Source: an uncultured Actinomycetota bacterium (GTDB lineage Bacteria > Actinomycetota > Actinomycetes > Actinomycetales > Cellulomonadaceae). Taken from it: DNA of 64,000 nt. How positions within the stretch are numbered: position 1 is the first letter of the stretch; each line of letters starts with the position of its first letter. A program made the position numbers and the translations under genes. This document shows, one piece after another, positions 13,246 to 24,646 of this stretch. The stretch covers positions 160,370 to 224,369 of the forward strand of contig CAWCGP010000008.1 in the NCBI GenBank assembly GCA_963795145.1, read 5' to 3'. Below the pieces are notes generated by a model. It was not told the origin of the DNA. It saw only the letters and a program-made list of their open reading frames with translations, and did no database searches.

Positions 13246-13753
13246 GTGACGAGCTCCATGGAGCAGCTGTACCAGCAGGTCATCCTCGACCACGCCGCGC
13301 GCCGCACGGCCGCGGGCTCGTGCCGGCGCCGCCGGCGCGCTCGCCGCCGAGTCGCACCAGGTCAACCCGACCTGCGGCGACGAGGTGACGCTGCGCGTCG
13401 CAGCGGTGCGCCCGACGCGCACGCCGCGTCGTCGACGGCGGTGAGCTGGGAGGGGCAGGGCTGCAGCATCTCGCAGGCCTCGCGTCTCGGTGCTCACCGA
13501 CCTCGTCGACCGGCGTCGACCTGCAGACCGCGCGACGACCTCGCCGAGGCGTTCCGCGCTCCTCATGCACGCCCGCGGTCGCCGGCTCGACGACGGCGCG
13601 GAGGACGCCCTCGGCGACGCCACGGCGTTCACCGGCGTCGCGAAGTACCCCGCCCGCATCAAGTGCGCGCTGCTCGGCTGGGTGGCGCTTCAGGACGCCC
13701 TCGTGCGAGCGTTGACCACGACCGAAGACACGATCAAGGAGAATGAGAGATGA
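13246..13753 (+). CDS. sufU: SufU/NifU-like sulfur transfer protein (frameshifts)
   Basis: VTSSMEQLYQQVILDHAARR...VNPTCGDEVTLRVA...SWEGQGCSISQAS...GDATAFTGVAKYPARIKCALLGWVALQDALVRALTTTEDTIKENER*. Confidence 0.8.
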
Positions 13754-14090
13754 CCACGGACCCCGTCAGGCGCCGCGCGCGACGACGGCAGCCGACGTCG
13801 AGGAGGCGCTGCGCGACGTCATCGACCCCGAGCTCGGCATCAACGTCGTCGACCTCGGCCTGGTCTACGGCGTCACCGATCGACCAGAACAACCACGCCG
13901 TCATCGACATGACGCTGACGTCCGCGGCCTGCCCGCTGACCGACGTCATCGAGGACCAGACCGCGACAAGCGCTCGACGGGCTCGTCGACGGCTTCCGCA
14001 TCAACTGGGTGTGGATGCCGCCGTGGGGCCCGGAGAAGATCACCCCCGACGGCCGCGACCAGATGCGGGCGCTCGGCTTCAACATCTGAC
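13743..14090 (+). CDS. sufT: SufT/DUF59 Fe-S assembly protein (frameshift)
   Basis: ...TAADVEEALRDVIDPELGINVVDLGLVYGVT(I)DQNNHAVIDMTLTSAACPLTDVIEDQT...LDGLVDGFRINWVWMPPWGPEKITPDGRDQMRALGFNI*. Its ATG overlaps the sufU end. Confidence 0.75.
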
Positions 14091-14249
14091 CGTCGCCGCG
14101 CGTCACGCCACGGCCCGGTCCGGTGCACCCGCACCGGCGCGGGCCCTGCGTCGTCCCCGCGTGCGACGGGCCGCGCGGCGGGTGACGGGCGCGTGCGCGC
14201 GGCGCCGACGGTGCTGGACCGGCGGACAGCGCGGCGCTACGGTCCGGCC

Positions 14250-14769
14250 ATGGCTACCAGCACCTTCCGCGTCGAGCGCTCGACGACGATCGACGCCCCG
14301 CCCGACGCGGTCTACGCCCACCTCGAGGACTTCCGCCGCTGGACGTCCTGGTCGCCGTGGGAGGCGTCTGGACCCGCACATGAGCCGGACCTACTCGGGC
14401 CCGGACGCCGGGGCCGGCGCGGCCTACTCCTGGACGGGCAACCGCAAGGCCGGCGCCGGCCGGATGACGATCACCGAGGCGAGCGCGCCGTCGCGGGTCG
14501 CGATCGACCTGCAGTTCGACAAGCCGTTCAAGAGCCGCAACGACACCGTGTTCACGATCGAGCCCGTCGGGGCCGGGTCGCGGGTCACGTGGACCATGGT
14601 CGGCCCGCTGAGCCTCGGCACCCGGATCATGTCCCTGGTGAAGTCCATGGACTCGCTCGTCGGCCCGGACTTCGAGAAGGGTCTGGCGCGCCTCAAGCTC
14701 GCGGCGGAGACCACGAAGCGCTGGCGCAGAGCGTCAGAGCGTCAGAGCGTCAGAGCGTCGGGGCGTTGA
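14250..14769 (+). CDS. SRPBCC (polyketide cyclase/START-like) domain protein (one frameshift)
   Basis: MATSTFRVERSTTIDAPPDAVYAHLEDFRRWTSWSPWE...MSRTYSGPDAGAGAAYSWTGNRKAGAGRMTITEASAPSRVAIDLQFDKPFKSRNDTVFTIEPVGAGSRVTWTMVGPLSLGTRIMSLVKSMDSLVGPDFEKGLARLK. A TACGGT -10-like motif sits 6 nt before the ATG, suggesting a leaderless transcript. Confidence 0.6.
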
Positions 14770-15655
14770 GGGCGTCGCAGCCCGCGAACGACCCGTTCTC
14801 GTAGCCCTGGAGTGAACCAGCGCTGACGCTGCTCGCTCGACCCGTGCGTCCAGCGCCTCCGGGTTGACCGTGCCGGTCGCCTGCTCCTGGATGCGGTCGT
14901 CGCCGACGGCCGCGGCGGCGGACAGGGCGTCGGCCAGCTCCTGCTGCGGGTCGGCGGTCGAGGTAGGTCACGCCGGTGTCCGGGTCGACGGTGCTCGCGG
15001 CGTGCCCGACCCACATCCCGGCGCAGGCAGTCCGCCATGAGCTCGACCCGCACGGAGTCGGACTCCGGTCCGGAGCCGCCGCGGTCGGCCGCGTCCATGA
15101 CGCCGGTGAGCTGCTGGATGTGGTGCCCGAACTCGTGCGCGAGCACGTACAGCTCGGCGAAGCGCACCGCCGGACGCGCCGAACCGGGTCTGCAGCTCGT
15201 CGTAGAACCCGAGGTCGAGGTAGACCGTCTGGTCGGGCGGGCAGTAGAACGGGCCGGTCGCGCTGGTCGCGCGCGCCGCACGCGGTGTCGACCTGACCCT
15301 CGAAGCTCTCCACCCCGGGCTGCGACGTACTGCGCGCCGGCGGCGGGCAGCGCCTGCGCCCAGTACGTGTCGAGCGCGTCGACGGTCGCGGACGAGGCGG
15401 CACTCCCGGTCGGTGTTCGCCTGCTGCGGCGGTGCACTCGCCGAGCGTCGTCTCCTGACCGGTGCCGCCGCCGTCCCCGCCGCCGGCGCGACGCCGTTGA
15501 CGACGCGGGCTCAGGTCGACGCCGAAGAACAGCGCACCGACGAGCACGACGATGGCGCCGATGCCGCCGCCGATCGCACCGCCGCGGCGCCCGCCGCCGC
15601 CGCGCGAGCTACGGACGCGGCCACCGCCGAAGCTGCCGCCCTCCGAGAACGTCAT
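14742..15655 (-). CDS. YpfJ/Rv2575-like neutral zinc metallopeptidase with N-terminal TM segment (frameshifts)
   Basis: [49 protein letters not shown]... and ...[18 protein letters not shown]...VRVELMADC...[16 protein letters not shown] (HExxH zinc site; family-typical N-terminus). Confidence 0.75.
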
Positions 15656-15835
15656 GGCGACCGACGCTAGCCGTGCGCCGAGGGCGCCGCCCGGGGAGCG
15701 CGGCCCGCCGGGCGTGCACCCGCCCGGTCGCCGAGCCGCGGGTCCGGGCCCCGGGACGGGCGAGCCGGCGTCCCCGGAGCCGTCGGTCCGGGCCGCGGTC
15801 CCCGTCAGTCCCCGACCCCGCGGGCGGCGAGCGCC

Positions 15836-16400
15836 TCACCGGTCGCCCGGGCCCGCGCCACCGTCCGGACGGCGGCCGGGACGAGCAGCGCGCGCGGGCT
15901 GCGCTCGAGCCCGCGCGCCCGGGCGGCGTCGCGTGCCTCGTGCGCGGTCGTCCAGCAGCGCGGGGACCGACCGCAGCATGAGCGCGACGGCGAGCGCGAC
16001 GACGTCGGGCCGGACGCCGACCCGGTGCCGCAGGGGACGCAGCACGCGGTCGAGCACGTCGAGCATCCGGTCGGCGGGGGTGGTCGCGGTCACGGCGCCC
16101 GCGGCCACGACCAGGGTGAGCACGTCCGCGGCCACCTCGACGGCGACCGCCGGCCCGCGCTGCCACCACTGGTAGGCACCGAGCAGCACCGTCGCGACCA
16201 GGACGGGCAGCAGCGACCGCACCACCGAGCCGCAGCGGGACCCGGCCCACCACGGTCGCGGCGACCGCGAGCCCGAGCAGGGCGAGCGACGCGACCGGGC
16301 CCACGGGCGACGACGCACCGCGACGCCGAGCACGGCGAGCCCGGCGAGCTTGCCGGCCGGCCGGCAGGCGGTGCATCGGGCTGGTCCCGTGCCGGTACAG
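15836..16400 (-). CDS. ecfT: ECF transporter transmembrane component EcfT (BioN-like), frameshifts
   Basis: ...LLPVLVATVLLGAYQWW...ADVLTLVVAAGAVTATTPADRMLDVLDRVLRPLRHRVGVRPDVVALAVALMLRSVPALLDDRARGTR. Confidence 0.6.
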
Positions 16401-17123
16401 CCCGAGCGGCTGCGGCGACGCTCACGGACGCCATGAGCGTCGCGGTAGCGCGCGACGCCGTCGGGCGCGGGGCCGTCGAAGACGACCCGGCCGCCGTCGA
16501 CGACGAGCACCCGGTCCGCGCGGGCGGCCGCGTCCAGGTCGTGCGTCACCTGCAGGACCTGCTGGTCGAGCCGGTCGAGCAGGTCGTCGACGACGCGGCG
16601 CCAGCGCAGGTCGAGCAGCGTGGTCGGCTCGTCGCACACCAGGACCGCGGGCTCGGTCGCGAGGACCCCGGCCAGCGCGAGCAGCTGCTTCTGCCCGCCG
16701 GACAGCGCGTGCACGCTGACCTCGGCGCGGTCGGCCAGCCCGAACCGCTCGAGCACCGCGGCGACCCGCGCGTCGCGGCCGGCCCGGTCGAGGTCCGAGG
16801 CGTCGCAGCGACAGCGCGACGTCCTCGCGCGGCGTCGGCATGACGAGCTGCGCGTCCGGGTCGGTGAACACGAAGCCCACCCGGCGGCGGACCGCGGCGC
16901 CGTCGCGCACCGTGTCCAGCCCGTCGACGCAGCACGCGCCCGGACGACGGCGTCGGCCAGCCCGTTGACCAGCCGGGCCAGCGTCGACTTGCCCGACCCG
17001 TTGGCACCGACGACGGCGATCCGGCGCTCGGTCGAGCTCGCACGTGACCGGGTGCAGGATCGTCGACGTCGACCGGGCGGCCGGCGTGTCCGTCGAGGCG
17101 GCCACCACGCTCGCGCCGCTGAA
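16400..17123 (-). CDS. ecfA: ECF transporter ATPase EcfA (BioM/CbiO-like), frameshifts
   Basis: ...PAVIAFSGASVVAAS...ILHPVTCELDR... [18 protein letters not shown]... FVFTDPDAQLVMPTPREDVALSLRRLG ... MLERFGLADRAEVSVHALSGGQKQLLALAGVLATEPAVLVCDEPTTLLDLRWRRVVDDLLDRLDQQVLQVTHDLDAAARADRVLVVDGGRVVFDGPAPDGVARYR. Confidence 0.65.
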
Positions 17124-17157
17124 GGCGATCACGGCGGGCGTCGAAGGCGCGATCGGC

Positions 17158-17900
17158 TCAGCGCCGGCCCCGCAGCATGTCGGGGAACGCGCGGAACACC
17201 GCGGTGGCGACGATCGCGACCAGGACGTTCTTGATGACGTCGCCGGGCAGGAAGGTCGCGCCCGAGCGGCGATCGCCTCGGCCGGGCTCAGGCCCAGCCG
17301 CCAGCCCATGACCGCGATGCCCGAGCGGGTGGGTGGCCAGCAGGCTGCCGGCCATCGCGGCGCCGAACACCGCGAGCGGCAGCCGGCGCGGCGCGCGACC
17401 CGCGCGGGCGCGGGTGACGAGCGCGCCGGCGATGGCGGCCGCGACCGGGAACGCGAGCAGGTAGCCGAACGACGGCTTGCCCACGACGGCGAGCCCACCG
17501 GTGCCCTGGGCGAAGACCGGCAGCCCGGCCAGGCCCACCGCGAGGTAGAGCAGCACGGCGAGCGCGCCGCGGCGGGCGCCCAGGACGGTGCCGGCGAGCA
17601 TGACGCCGAAGGTCTGCAGCGTGATGGGGACCGCCATGCCGGCGACCGGGATCGCCGGGCAGGAGCGCGCACACCGCGAGGAAGGCGGCGAAGGTCGCCA
17701 CCAGGGCGACGTCGGTCGCCACCGAGGTGCGGCCCGCGGCCGCGGCCGGGCGTACGGCCGGCGGTCCACGCCGGGCCGGACGCCGCGGCCAGGCGCCGGT
17801 CCGGGCAGCGGGGCGCGGGTGGGCTCGTGGTCCGGGGTGGTCGTCATGGCTCGCTCCGGGGTGCTCGTCGTCGGGGTGCAGGCTGCGCGGCGCCGGTGGG
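17158..17900 (-). CDS. bioY: Biotin ECF transporter S component BioY (N-terminal frameshift)
   Basis: ...ATDVALVATFAAFLAVCALLPG.PVAGMAVPITLQTFGVMLAGTVLGARRGALAVLLYLAVGLAGLPVFAQGTGGLAVVGKPSFGYLLAFPVAAAIAGALV...ATFLPGDVIKNVLVAIVATAVFRAFPDMLRGRR*. Confidence 0.75.
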
Positions 17901-18044
17901 CAGCGAGCCGGGCCCGGATGTGTCGCGGTCGTCCGCGCCACCGGGGTCCGGCCGGACCGGTCGTCACGCTAGCCGGTCGTAGGATGGACGGCGTTTGTGT
18001 CCGCGCCCAACGCCGCCGGACCGCGATCGTAAGGAACTCATCAC

Positions 18045-19647
18045 CGTGATCACTGCCCAGGCCGTCGAGCTGCGCGTCGGCGCCCGCGTGCTCCTCGAGG
18101 AGGCGACCTTCCGCATCGCCGCCGGGGACCGGATCGGGCTCGTCGGCCGCAACGGTGCCGGCAAGACCACCCTCACCAAGACGCTGGCCGGCGAGACGCT
18201 GCCCACCGGCGGGCAGATCGTGCGCACCGGCGAGGTCGGGTACCTGCCGCAGGACCCGCGCACCGGCGACCTCGACATGATCGCGATGGACCGGGTGCTG
18301 TCCGCGCGCGGCCTCGACGACGTCGTGCGCGGCATGCGCGGAGACCGAGGGCGCGATGGCGAGCGCCGACGACGCGACCGCGAGGCCGCCATGGAGCGCT
18401 ACTCCACGCTCGAGGCCCGCTTCACCGCGGCCGGCGGGTACGCCGCCGAGAGCGAGGCGAGCCGCATCGCGTCCAACCTCGGTCTCGACGAGCGGGTGCT
18501 CGGCCAGACGATCGGCACCCTCTCCGGCGGTCAGCGCCGCCGCGTCGAGCTCGCCCGGATCCTGTTCTCCGGCGTCGAGACGCTCCTGCTCGACGAGCCG
18601 ACGAACCACCTGGACGCGGACTCGATCCTCTGGCTGCGCGACTACCTCAGGTCCTACCCGGGCGGCTTCGTGGTCATCAGCCACGACACCGACCTGCTGC
18701 GCGCGACCGTCAACAAGGTGTTCCACCTCGACGCCAACCGCGGCGAGCTCGACCAGTACAACCTCGGCTGGGACGCCTACCTGCAGCAGCGCGAGACGGA
18801 CGAGAAGCGCCGCAAGCGCGAGCGGGCGAACACCGAGAAGAAGGCGTCCGTGCTGCTCGCGCAGGCGGACAAGATGCGCGCCAAGGCGACCAAGGCCGTG
18901 GCCGCGCAGAACATGGCCCGCCGGGCCGAGCGGATGCTGTCGTCGCTCGGAGGAGGTCCGCGCGTCGGACAAGGTGGCGCGCCTGCGCTTCCCGACGCCG
19001 GCGCCGTGCGGCAAGACGCCGCTGACCGCCGCCGGGCCTGAGCAAGTCCTACGGCTCGCAGGAGGTCTTCACCGACGTCGGCCTGGCGATCGACAAGGGC
19101 AGCCGGGTCGTCATCGTCGGCCTCAACGGCGCGGGCAAGACGACGCTGCTGCGGATGCTCGCCGGCATCGACACCCCGGACACCGGCGAGGTGCACCCCG
19201 GGCACGGCCTCAAGCTCGGCTACTACGCGCAGGAGCACGAGACGCTCGACGACCCGCGCACGGTGGTGGAGAACCTGCGCTCGGCCGCGCCGGACCTCAC
19301 CGACACCCAGGTCCGGTCGGTGCTCGGGTCGTTCCTGTTCTCCGGGGACGACGCCGACAAGCCCGTGCGCGGTGCTCTCCGGCGGGGAGAAGACCCGGCT
19401 CGCGCTCGCCGCGCTGGTGGTCTCGGCGGCGAACGTGCTGCTGCTCGACGAGCCGACGAACAACCTCGACCCGGCCAGCCGCGAGGAGATCCTCGGCGCG
19501 CTGCGCTCCTACGAGGGCGCCGTCGTCCTGGTCTCGCACGACGAGGGCGCCGTCGAGGCGCTCAACCCCGAGCGGGTCGTCCTGCTGCCCGACGGCGTCG
19601 AGGACCTGTGGGGTCCGGCGTACGCCGACCTCATCTCGCTCGCCTGA
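18045..19647 (+). CDS. ABC-F family ATPase with two ABC domains (Uup/EttA-like translation factor-type), 4 frameshifts
   Basis: VITAQAVELRVGARVLLEEATFRIAAGDRIGLVGRNGAGKTTLTKTLAGE...LSGGQRRRVELARILFSGVETLLLDEPTNHLDADSILWLRDYL..., then the linker KRRKRERANTEKKASVLLAQADKMRAKATKAVAAQNMARRAERML and a second domain ...VVIVGLNGAGKTTLLRMLAGIDTPDTGEV...LSGGEKTRLALAALVVSAANVLLLDEPTNNLDPASREEILGALRSYEGAVVLVSHDEGAVEAL. Confidence 0.85.
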
Positions 19648-19711
19648 CGTCCGCGCGCCGGCGCGCCGCGTCGCGGCGCGAGACCGGCGCGTGGCGTCGG
19701 GCGTCGACCCG

Positions 19712-20590
19712 TCAGCGCAGCTGCGCGTCGATGAGGGCGTCCTCGACGTCCTCGGCGCTCGGGCCGCGCCGCCGCGCGGGGCGCGGGCGCGGCGGCGTCC
19801 TGGGCCGGCGCGGGCCCGGGCCGGGTGCGACGAGCTCGCGCCGCGCCAGGATCGAGAACCCGACGAGCGACCCGAGCGCGAACGTCCACCACTGCAGCGC
19901 GTAGGACAGGTGCGACCCGGGGTCGGTGCTGGGCCGCGGCAGGGCGCCGAGGGGCCGGCGCGCGGGGCCGGGTCCTCGCTCGACCAGGGCGCCGTAGGCG
20001 CCGGACGGCGTGCCTCGCTCGTCGAGCCCGGCGCGCCGCGAGGACCTGCGGCACGGAGATCGCCTGCACCTGGCCGTCCGGGGCGTCGCGCCCCGACGGC
20101 GGCTCGTCCGCGCGCAGGCGCACCACGAGCTCGACCTCACCGCGCCGGTGGCGGGGCGTCGTCGGGGGAGACGTCGGTCGGGACCCAGCCGCGGTCGACG
20201 ACCAGCACGGCGCCTCGGGTCGCCCGCCGGCGCCCGTCACGCCGGACGAGCGGCACGAGCACGTGGTACGACGGGCCGACCGTCCGACCGGCCGGTTGCG
20301 CAGCAGGACGGTGCGCTCGGGCTGGTACCGGCCGGTGACCCGGACGGGACGCCACACGTCGTCGCCGGCCAGGGTCTCGCCGGGGCGCAGCGACCTGCGC
20401 CAGAGCGGGACGGGGTCGGCGCCGTAGTTCGACTCGACCAGCGCGATCGCCGCGCCCGAGCGCTCGTGCCGCTGCCACTGCCAGTACCCCAGGCCCGGTG
20501 CACACCAGCGGCCAGCGACGATCGCGGTGGCGACCAGCCCGGCGGCGCGGCGCACCTCGGGGCGGCTCACGAGCCGCGTCACGACGCCGA
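19712..20590 (-). CDS. SURF1 family cytochrome oxidase assembly protein (frameshifts)
   Basis: ...RRAAGLVATAIVAGRWCAPGLGYWQWQRHER...DVWRPVRVTGRYQPERTVLLRNRPV...SYHVLVPL...GAVLVVDRGWVP... and C-terminal ...HLSYALQWWTFALGSLVGFSILARREL. Confidence 0.7.
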
Positions 20591-20877
20591 CTCGGTCCCG
20601 CCGCTCCCGACGCTGCCCGTCCCGCCGGCGTCGACCTGCCCGGACGCGCCGGCCACGTCGAGCTCGGCCACCGGGACGGTCGACCGCAGGAACGCGCGGG
20701 TGCCGAGGAACTGCTCGAGGTGCTCGCGGTGCTCGTCGCACGCGAGCCACACCTTGCGCCGGTCCGGGGTGTGCAGGCGGGGGTTGTTCCACAGCAGGCC
20801 CCACGTGCGCCTCCGCCCGGCAGCCCCGGGCGCTGCACACGAGCTCGTCGACCGGGTCGGGCCGCGGTGCGAGGGGG

Positions 20878-21412
20878 TCAGTCACGGCGTGACCCGTCCG
20901 ACCCCGGCCGGGTCGGGCCGGGCACGGGGGTGGTGACGGTCTCGTCGGTGAACGGCTCGCGGGTGAACGGCCCGCCGGTGAAGGGGCTCGCGGTGTACGG
21001 CTGCCCGGTGGAGGGGCGCGCGGTGAACGGCTCGGACGCCTGGCGGCGCGGAGGGACCGGCCCGGACGGGCCGACCGGCGGGTGCAGCGGTGCCGCGCCG
21101 ATCTCGCGCAGGTCCAGGGGGGAGTCCGCCGCGTCGGACGCTCGCGGCCCGCGTTGGCCAGCACGACGGCGACGTACGGCAGGACGACCGCGCCGACGAG
21201 CAGCATGACCGACAGCCACGTCGGGACGCCGGCCCCAGGTGAAGACCGCCCCGAGGAAGCACACCGTGCGGAGGCCCATCTGCGCGAGGTAGCGCCGCGC
21301 GCGCCGGTCGATGTCCTCGCCGAGCGGGGTCTGGGCGGACGTGATGATGTGCACGCGGTCGGGCTCGGCCGACGACTCGCGCGGCTGCCGGGCGGCGTGT
21401 GGCTCACCACCT
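20878..21412 (-). CDS. DUF3099 family small membrane protein with C-terminal degenerate pentapeptide repeats (frameshifts)
   Basis: ...RVHIITSAQTPLGEDIDRRARRYLAQMGLRTVCFLGAVFTWG...PTWLSVMLLVGAVVLPYVAVVLANAGRER... then ...EPFTARPSTGQPYTASPFTGGPFTREPFTDE (roughly 15-bp ggtgaacggc-type DNA repeats at about 20944-21040). Confidence 0.55.
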
Positions 21413-21593
21413 GAGCCTACGTGCCGCTCCCGGCGCCGCCCAGCGCGTGCTGTGCGGATGGCACAAACCAGCCAGCGCAGCGGTGTCGGCCGGTGCCAGG
21501 ACGGGCGCGGGCGGTGTCGGCTAGCGTCGTCCGGGTGGCGCGGCAGACGTCCGCACCAGCCAGCACTCCCGAGCCAGCATCCAGGGAGAACGC

Positions 21594-22364
21594 GTGAGCG
21601 AGCAGGAGACCGACGCCACCGACGCACCCGCACCGCCGGCGCCCCGGCACCGCGCTCCGCGCAGCGTGCTGGTCACCGGCGCCAACCGCGGGATCGGGCG
21701 CGGCGATCGCCGAGCGGTTCGTCGCCTCGGCGACCGGGTCGCCACGATCTACCGCAGCGGCGACCTGCCCGACGGCGTGCTCGGCGTCGGTCGGGCGACG
21801 TGCCGCGACACCGCGTCGGTCGACGCGGCGTTCGCCGAGATCGAGGCCGCGCACGGCCCGGTCGAGGTGCTCGTCGCGAACGCCGGCGTCACCCGCGACG
21901 GTCTGCTCATGCGGATGACCGACGAGGAGTTCGAGAGCGTCCTCGACGTCAACCTCACCGGCGTCGTTCCGGTGCGTGCGCCGCGCCGCCAAGGGCATGA
22001 TCCGGCTGCGCCGCGGCCGGATCGTGCTCATCTCCTCCGTCGTCGGCCTGTACGGCTCGCCCGGCCAGGTCAACTACGCCTCGTCGAAGTCCGCGCTGGT
22101 CGGCATGGCGCGCTCGGTCACCCGCGAGCTCGGCGGCCGCGGCATCACCGCGAACGTCGTCGCCCCCGGCTTCATCGACACCGCGATGACCGCCGAGCTG
22201 CCGCAGGACCGGCAGGACGCCTACCGCGCGTCGATCCCGGCCGGCCGGTTCGGCCACGCCGGACGAGGTCGCCGGCGTCGTGCACTTCCTCGCCTCGCGA
22301 CGACGCCGCCTACATCACCGGGGCCGTCGTCCCGGTCGACGGCGGCCTCGGCATGGGGCACTGA
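21594..22364 (+). CDS. fabG: 3-oxoacyl-[ACP] reductase FabG (MabA/FabG1-like), frameshifts
   Basis: ...[12 protein letters not shown]...[34 protein letters not shown]...[61 protein letters not shown]...[17 protein letters not shown]. Confidence 0.85.
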   Translation: MSEQETDATDAPAPPAPRHRAPRSVLVTGANRGIGRGDRRAVRRLGDRVATIYRSGDLPDGVLGVGRATCRDTASVDAAFAEIEAAHGPVEVLVANAGVTRDGLLMRMTDEEFESVLDVNLTGVVPVRAPRRQGHDPAAPRPDRAHLLRRRPVRLARPGQLRLVEVRAGRHGALGHPRARRPRHHRERRRPRLHRHRDDRRAAAGPAGRLPRVDPGRPVRPRRTRSPASCTSSPRDDAAYITGAVVPVDGGLGMGH

Positions 22365-22444
22365 CGCACCACGCTCACCCGCACCGCCCGCGCCACCGGC
22401 CGCCGCCCCACTCGACCCACCGCACCCACGAACGGAAGTCACCC

Positions 22445-23221
22445 ATGGGTCTGCTCGACGGCAAGAAGCTCCTCGTCACCGGGGTCCTCACGGACTCGTC
22501 GATCGCGTTCCACGTCGCGCGGCTCGCGCAGGAGCAGGGCGCCAGGTCGTGCTGACCTCGTTCGGCCGGCAGTTCCGCCTCACCCAGGCGATCGCCCGGC
22601 GGCTGCCCGGCCGAGGCGCCCGTCGTCCAGCTCGACGTGACGATCCGCGGAGGACCTCGCGGCGCTCGCCGACGACGTCCGCGAGCACGTCGACCACCTC
22701 GACGGCGTCGTGCACTCGATCGGCTTCGCGCCGCAGTCGGTCATGGGCGGGAACTTCCTCGCCGGCGAGTGGGCGCGACGTCGCGACGGCGCTCGAGGTC
22801 TCCGCGTACTCGCTGAAGTCGCTCGCGGTGGCCGCCCAGCCGCTGCTGCGCCCGCGGCGGCGGCGATCGTCGGGCTGACCTTCGACGCGCCGGTACGCGT
22901 GGCCGGTGTACGACTGGATGGGCGTCGCCAAGGCGGCGTTCGAGTCGACCGCGCGCTACCTCGCGCGCGACCTCGGGCCCGGACGGCATCCGGGTCAACC
23001 TGGTCTCGGCCGGCCCGATCCGCACGACCGCCGCGAAGTCGATCCCCGGGCTTCGAGGCGATGGAGGGCGGCTGGCCCGACCGCGCCCCGCTCGGCTGGG
23101 ACGTCAACGACCCCGAGCCGACCGCGCGCGCCGTCGCGGCCCTGCTGTCCGGACTGGTTCCCCGGCGACGACGGGGGAGATCGTGCACGTCGACGGCGGC
23201 GTGCACGCGATGGGACTCTAG
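22445..23221 (+). CDS. inhA: NADH-dependent enoyl-[ACP] reductase (InhA/FabI-like), frameshifts
   Basis: [33 protein letters not shown]...[21 protein letters not shown]...[21 protein letters not shown]...[15 protein letters not shown]...[101 protein letters not shown]. It lies immediately downstream of fabG, as in mabA-inhA. Confidence 0.85.
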
Positions 23222-23225
23222 GCGC

Positions 23226-23766
23226 ATGTCGCCGACCTCCGACCGCACGCGCCGCCTCGTCCTGCTCCGGCACGCCAAGGCGGAGCAGCGCGGCGGAGTC
23301 CACCGACGACGAGGTCCGGCCGCTCGCCCTGCGCGGGCGCGGCGCCAGTCCGGCCGCGTCGGTCGCTCCCTGCTCGACGACGGCCTGGTGCCCGAGCTCG
23401 CCCTCGTCTCGCCGTCCGTGCGGACCCGGCAGACCTGGGAGCTGCTGCGCGGCGCCTTCGGCGACGCGCGACCCGAGGTCCTGCTACGAGGACGCGCTGT
23501 ACGCCGGCGGCGTGGCGGAGCTCGTCGAGCTGGTGCGCGGGACGGACGAGCGCGTGCGGTCGGTGCTCGTCGTCGGGCACGAGCCGACCATCTCGGCGGC
23601 GGCCGACGCGCTCTGGCCGGACCGGACTCCGACCCGGCCGCGGTCGCGCGGGTCCGCGTCGGGCGTACCGACGGCCACCTACGCCGTGCTCGAGCTCGAC
23701 GCGCACTGGGACACCCTCGGCGCGCGGCGGCGCGCGGCTGCGGGCGGTCGTCTCGCCGCGGACTGA
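23226..23766 (+). CDS. sixA: Histidine phosphatase family protein (SixA-like phosphohistidine phosphatase), frameshifts
   Basis: MSPTSDRTRRLVLLRHAKAEQ...DDEVRPLALRGR.QS..VGRSLLDDGLVPELALVSPSVRTRQTWELL...SVLVVGHEPTISAAADALWPD...ATYAVLELDAHWDTLG, carrying the RHG/H catalytic motif pattern. Confidence 0.7.
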
Positions 23767-23797
23767 CAGCGGCCGGCCGCGGGGCGACCGCCCGTGG

Positions 23798-24545
23798 TCA
23801 GGCGTGCCCGGCGAACGGGCCGGTGCGTCGGCGTCGATGAGCGGCAGGACCGCGTCCAGGCGGCCGTCGACCGCGACGTCGGCCCCGTCGCGGACCAGCG
23901 GCTTGGCGTTGAAGGCGATGCCCAGGCCCGCCGCCGCGATCATGTCGAGGTCGTTCGCGCCGTCGCCGATCGCGACGCACCGGTCCAGCGCGACGCCCTC
24001 GGTCGCGGCGAAGCCGGCGCAGCGCGGCCGCCTTGGCGGCCCGGTCGACCACCGGGCCCGGTGACCCGCCCGGTCAGCCGCCCGTCGGCGACCTCGAGCC
24101 GGTTGGCCGACGGTGTGCCGGACGCCGAGCGACGCGGCGAGCGGCTCGACGATCTCGGCGAACCCGCCGGAGACCAGGCCCACCGGCCAGCCGCGGCCGG
24201 CGAGCTCGGCGAACAGCTCGCCGCGCCCGGGGTCAGGCGGACCTCGTCGACGGACGTCGGCGAGCACCCCGACGGGCAGCCCGGCCAGGACGCGCGACCC
24301 GCTCGTGCAGCGACGTCGCGAAGTCGATCTCGCCGCGCATCGCCCGCTCGGTCACGAGGGTGACGACGGCGGCCGCCGGCGCCGGCGCGCGCGGCGAGCA
24401 TCTCGATCACCTCGCCGGTGATGAGCGTCGAGTCGACGTCCATGACCACCAGCCGGCGGTCGGACCGGCGGTCGGGCCGGGAACTCGGTCGGCGTCGGCG
24501 GTGCCGGGCGCAGGGGGCGCGTCGGCCGCGATCGGTGGTCACGCA
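23798..24545 (-). CDS. serB: Phosphoserine phosphatase SerB (HAD-IB), frameshifts; start uncertain
   Basis: ...VVMDVDSTLITGEVIEMLAARAGAG... and ...LFAELAGRGWPVGLVSGGFAEIVEPLAASLGVRHTV...RCVAIGDGANDLDMIAAAGLGIAFNAKPLVRDGADVAVDGRLDAVLPLIDA. Confidence 0.7.
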
Positions 24546-24646
24546 GGCAGGGTAGCGCCGGGCCGCCGGACGTCCGTGGGTCGTCCAGGGCGAGACGACG
24601 GCCCGACGCCCCGGTGCCGGGGCGCCGGGCCGTGGCCGGGCACGTC

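Noticed and set aside
14738-14762. gcgtcaga x3 micro-repeat at the 3' end of the SRPBCC gene
   Set aside because: Only 3 copies of 8 bp inside a coding C-terminal tail; likely incidental.
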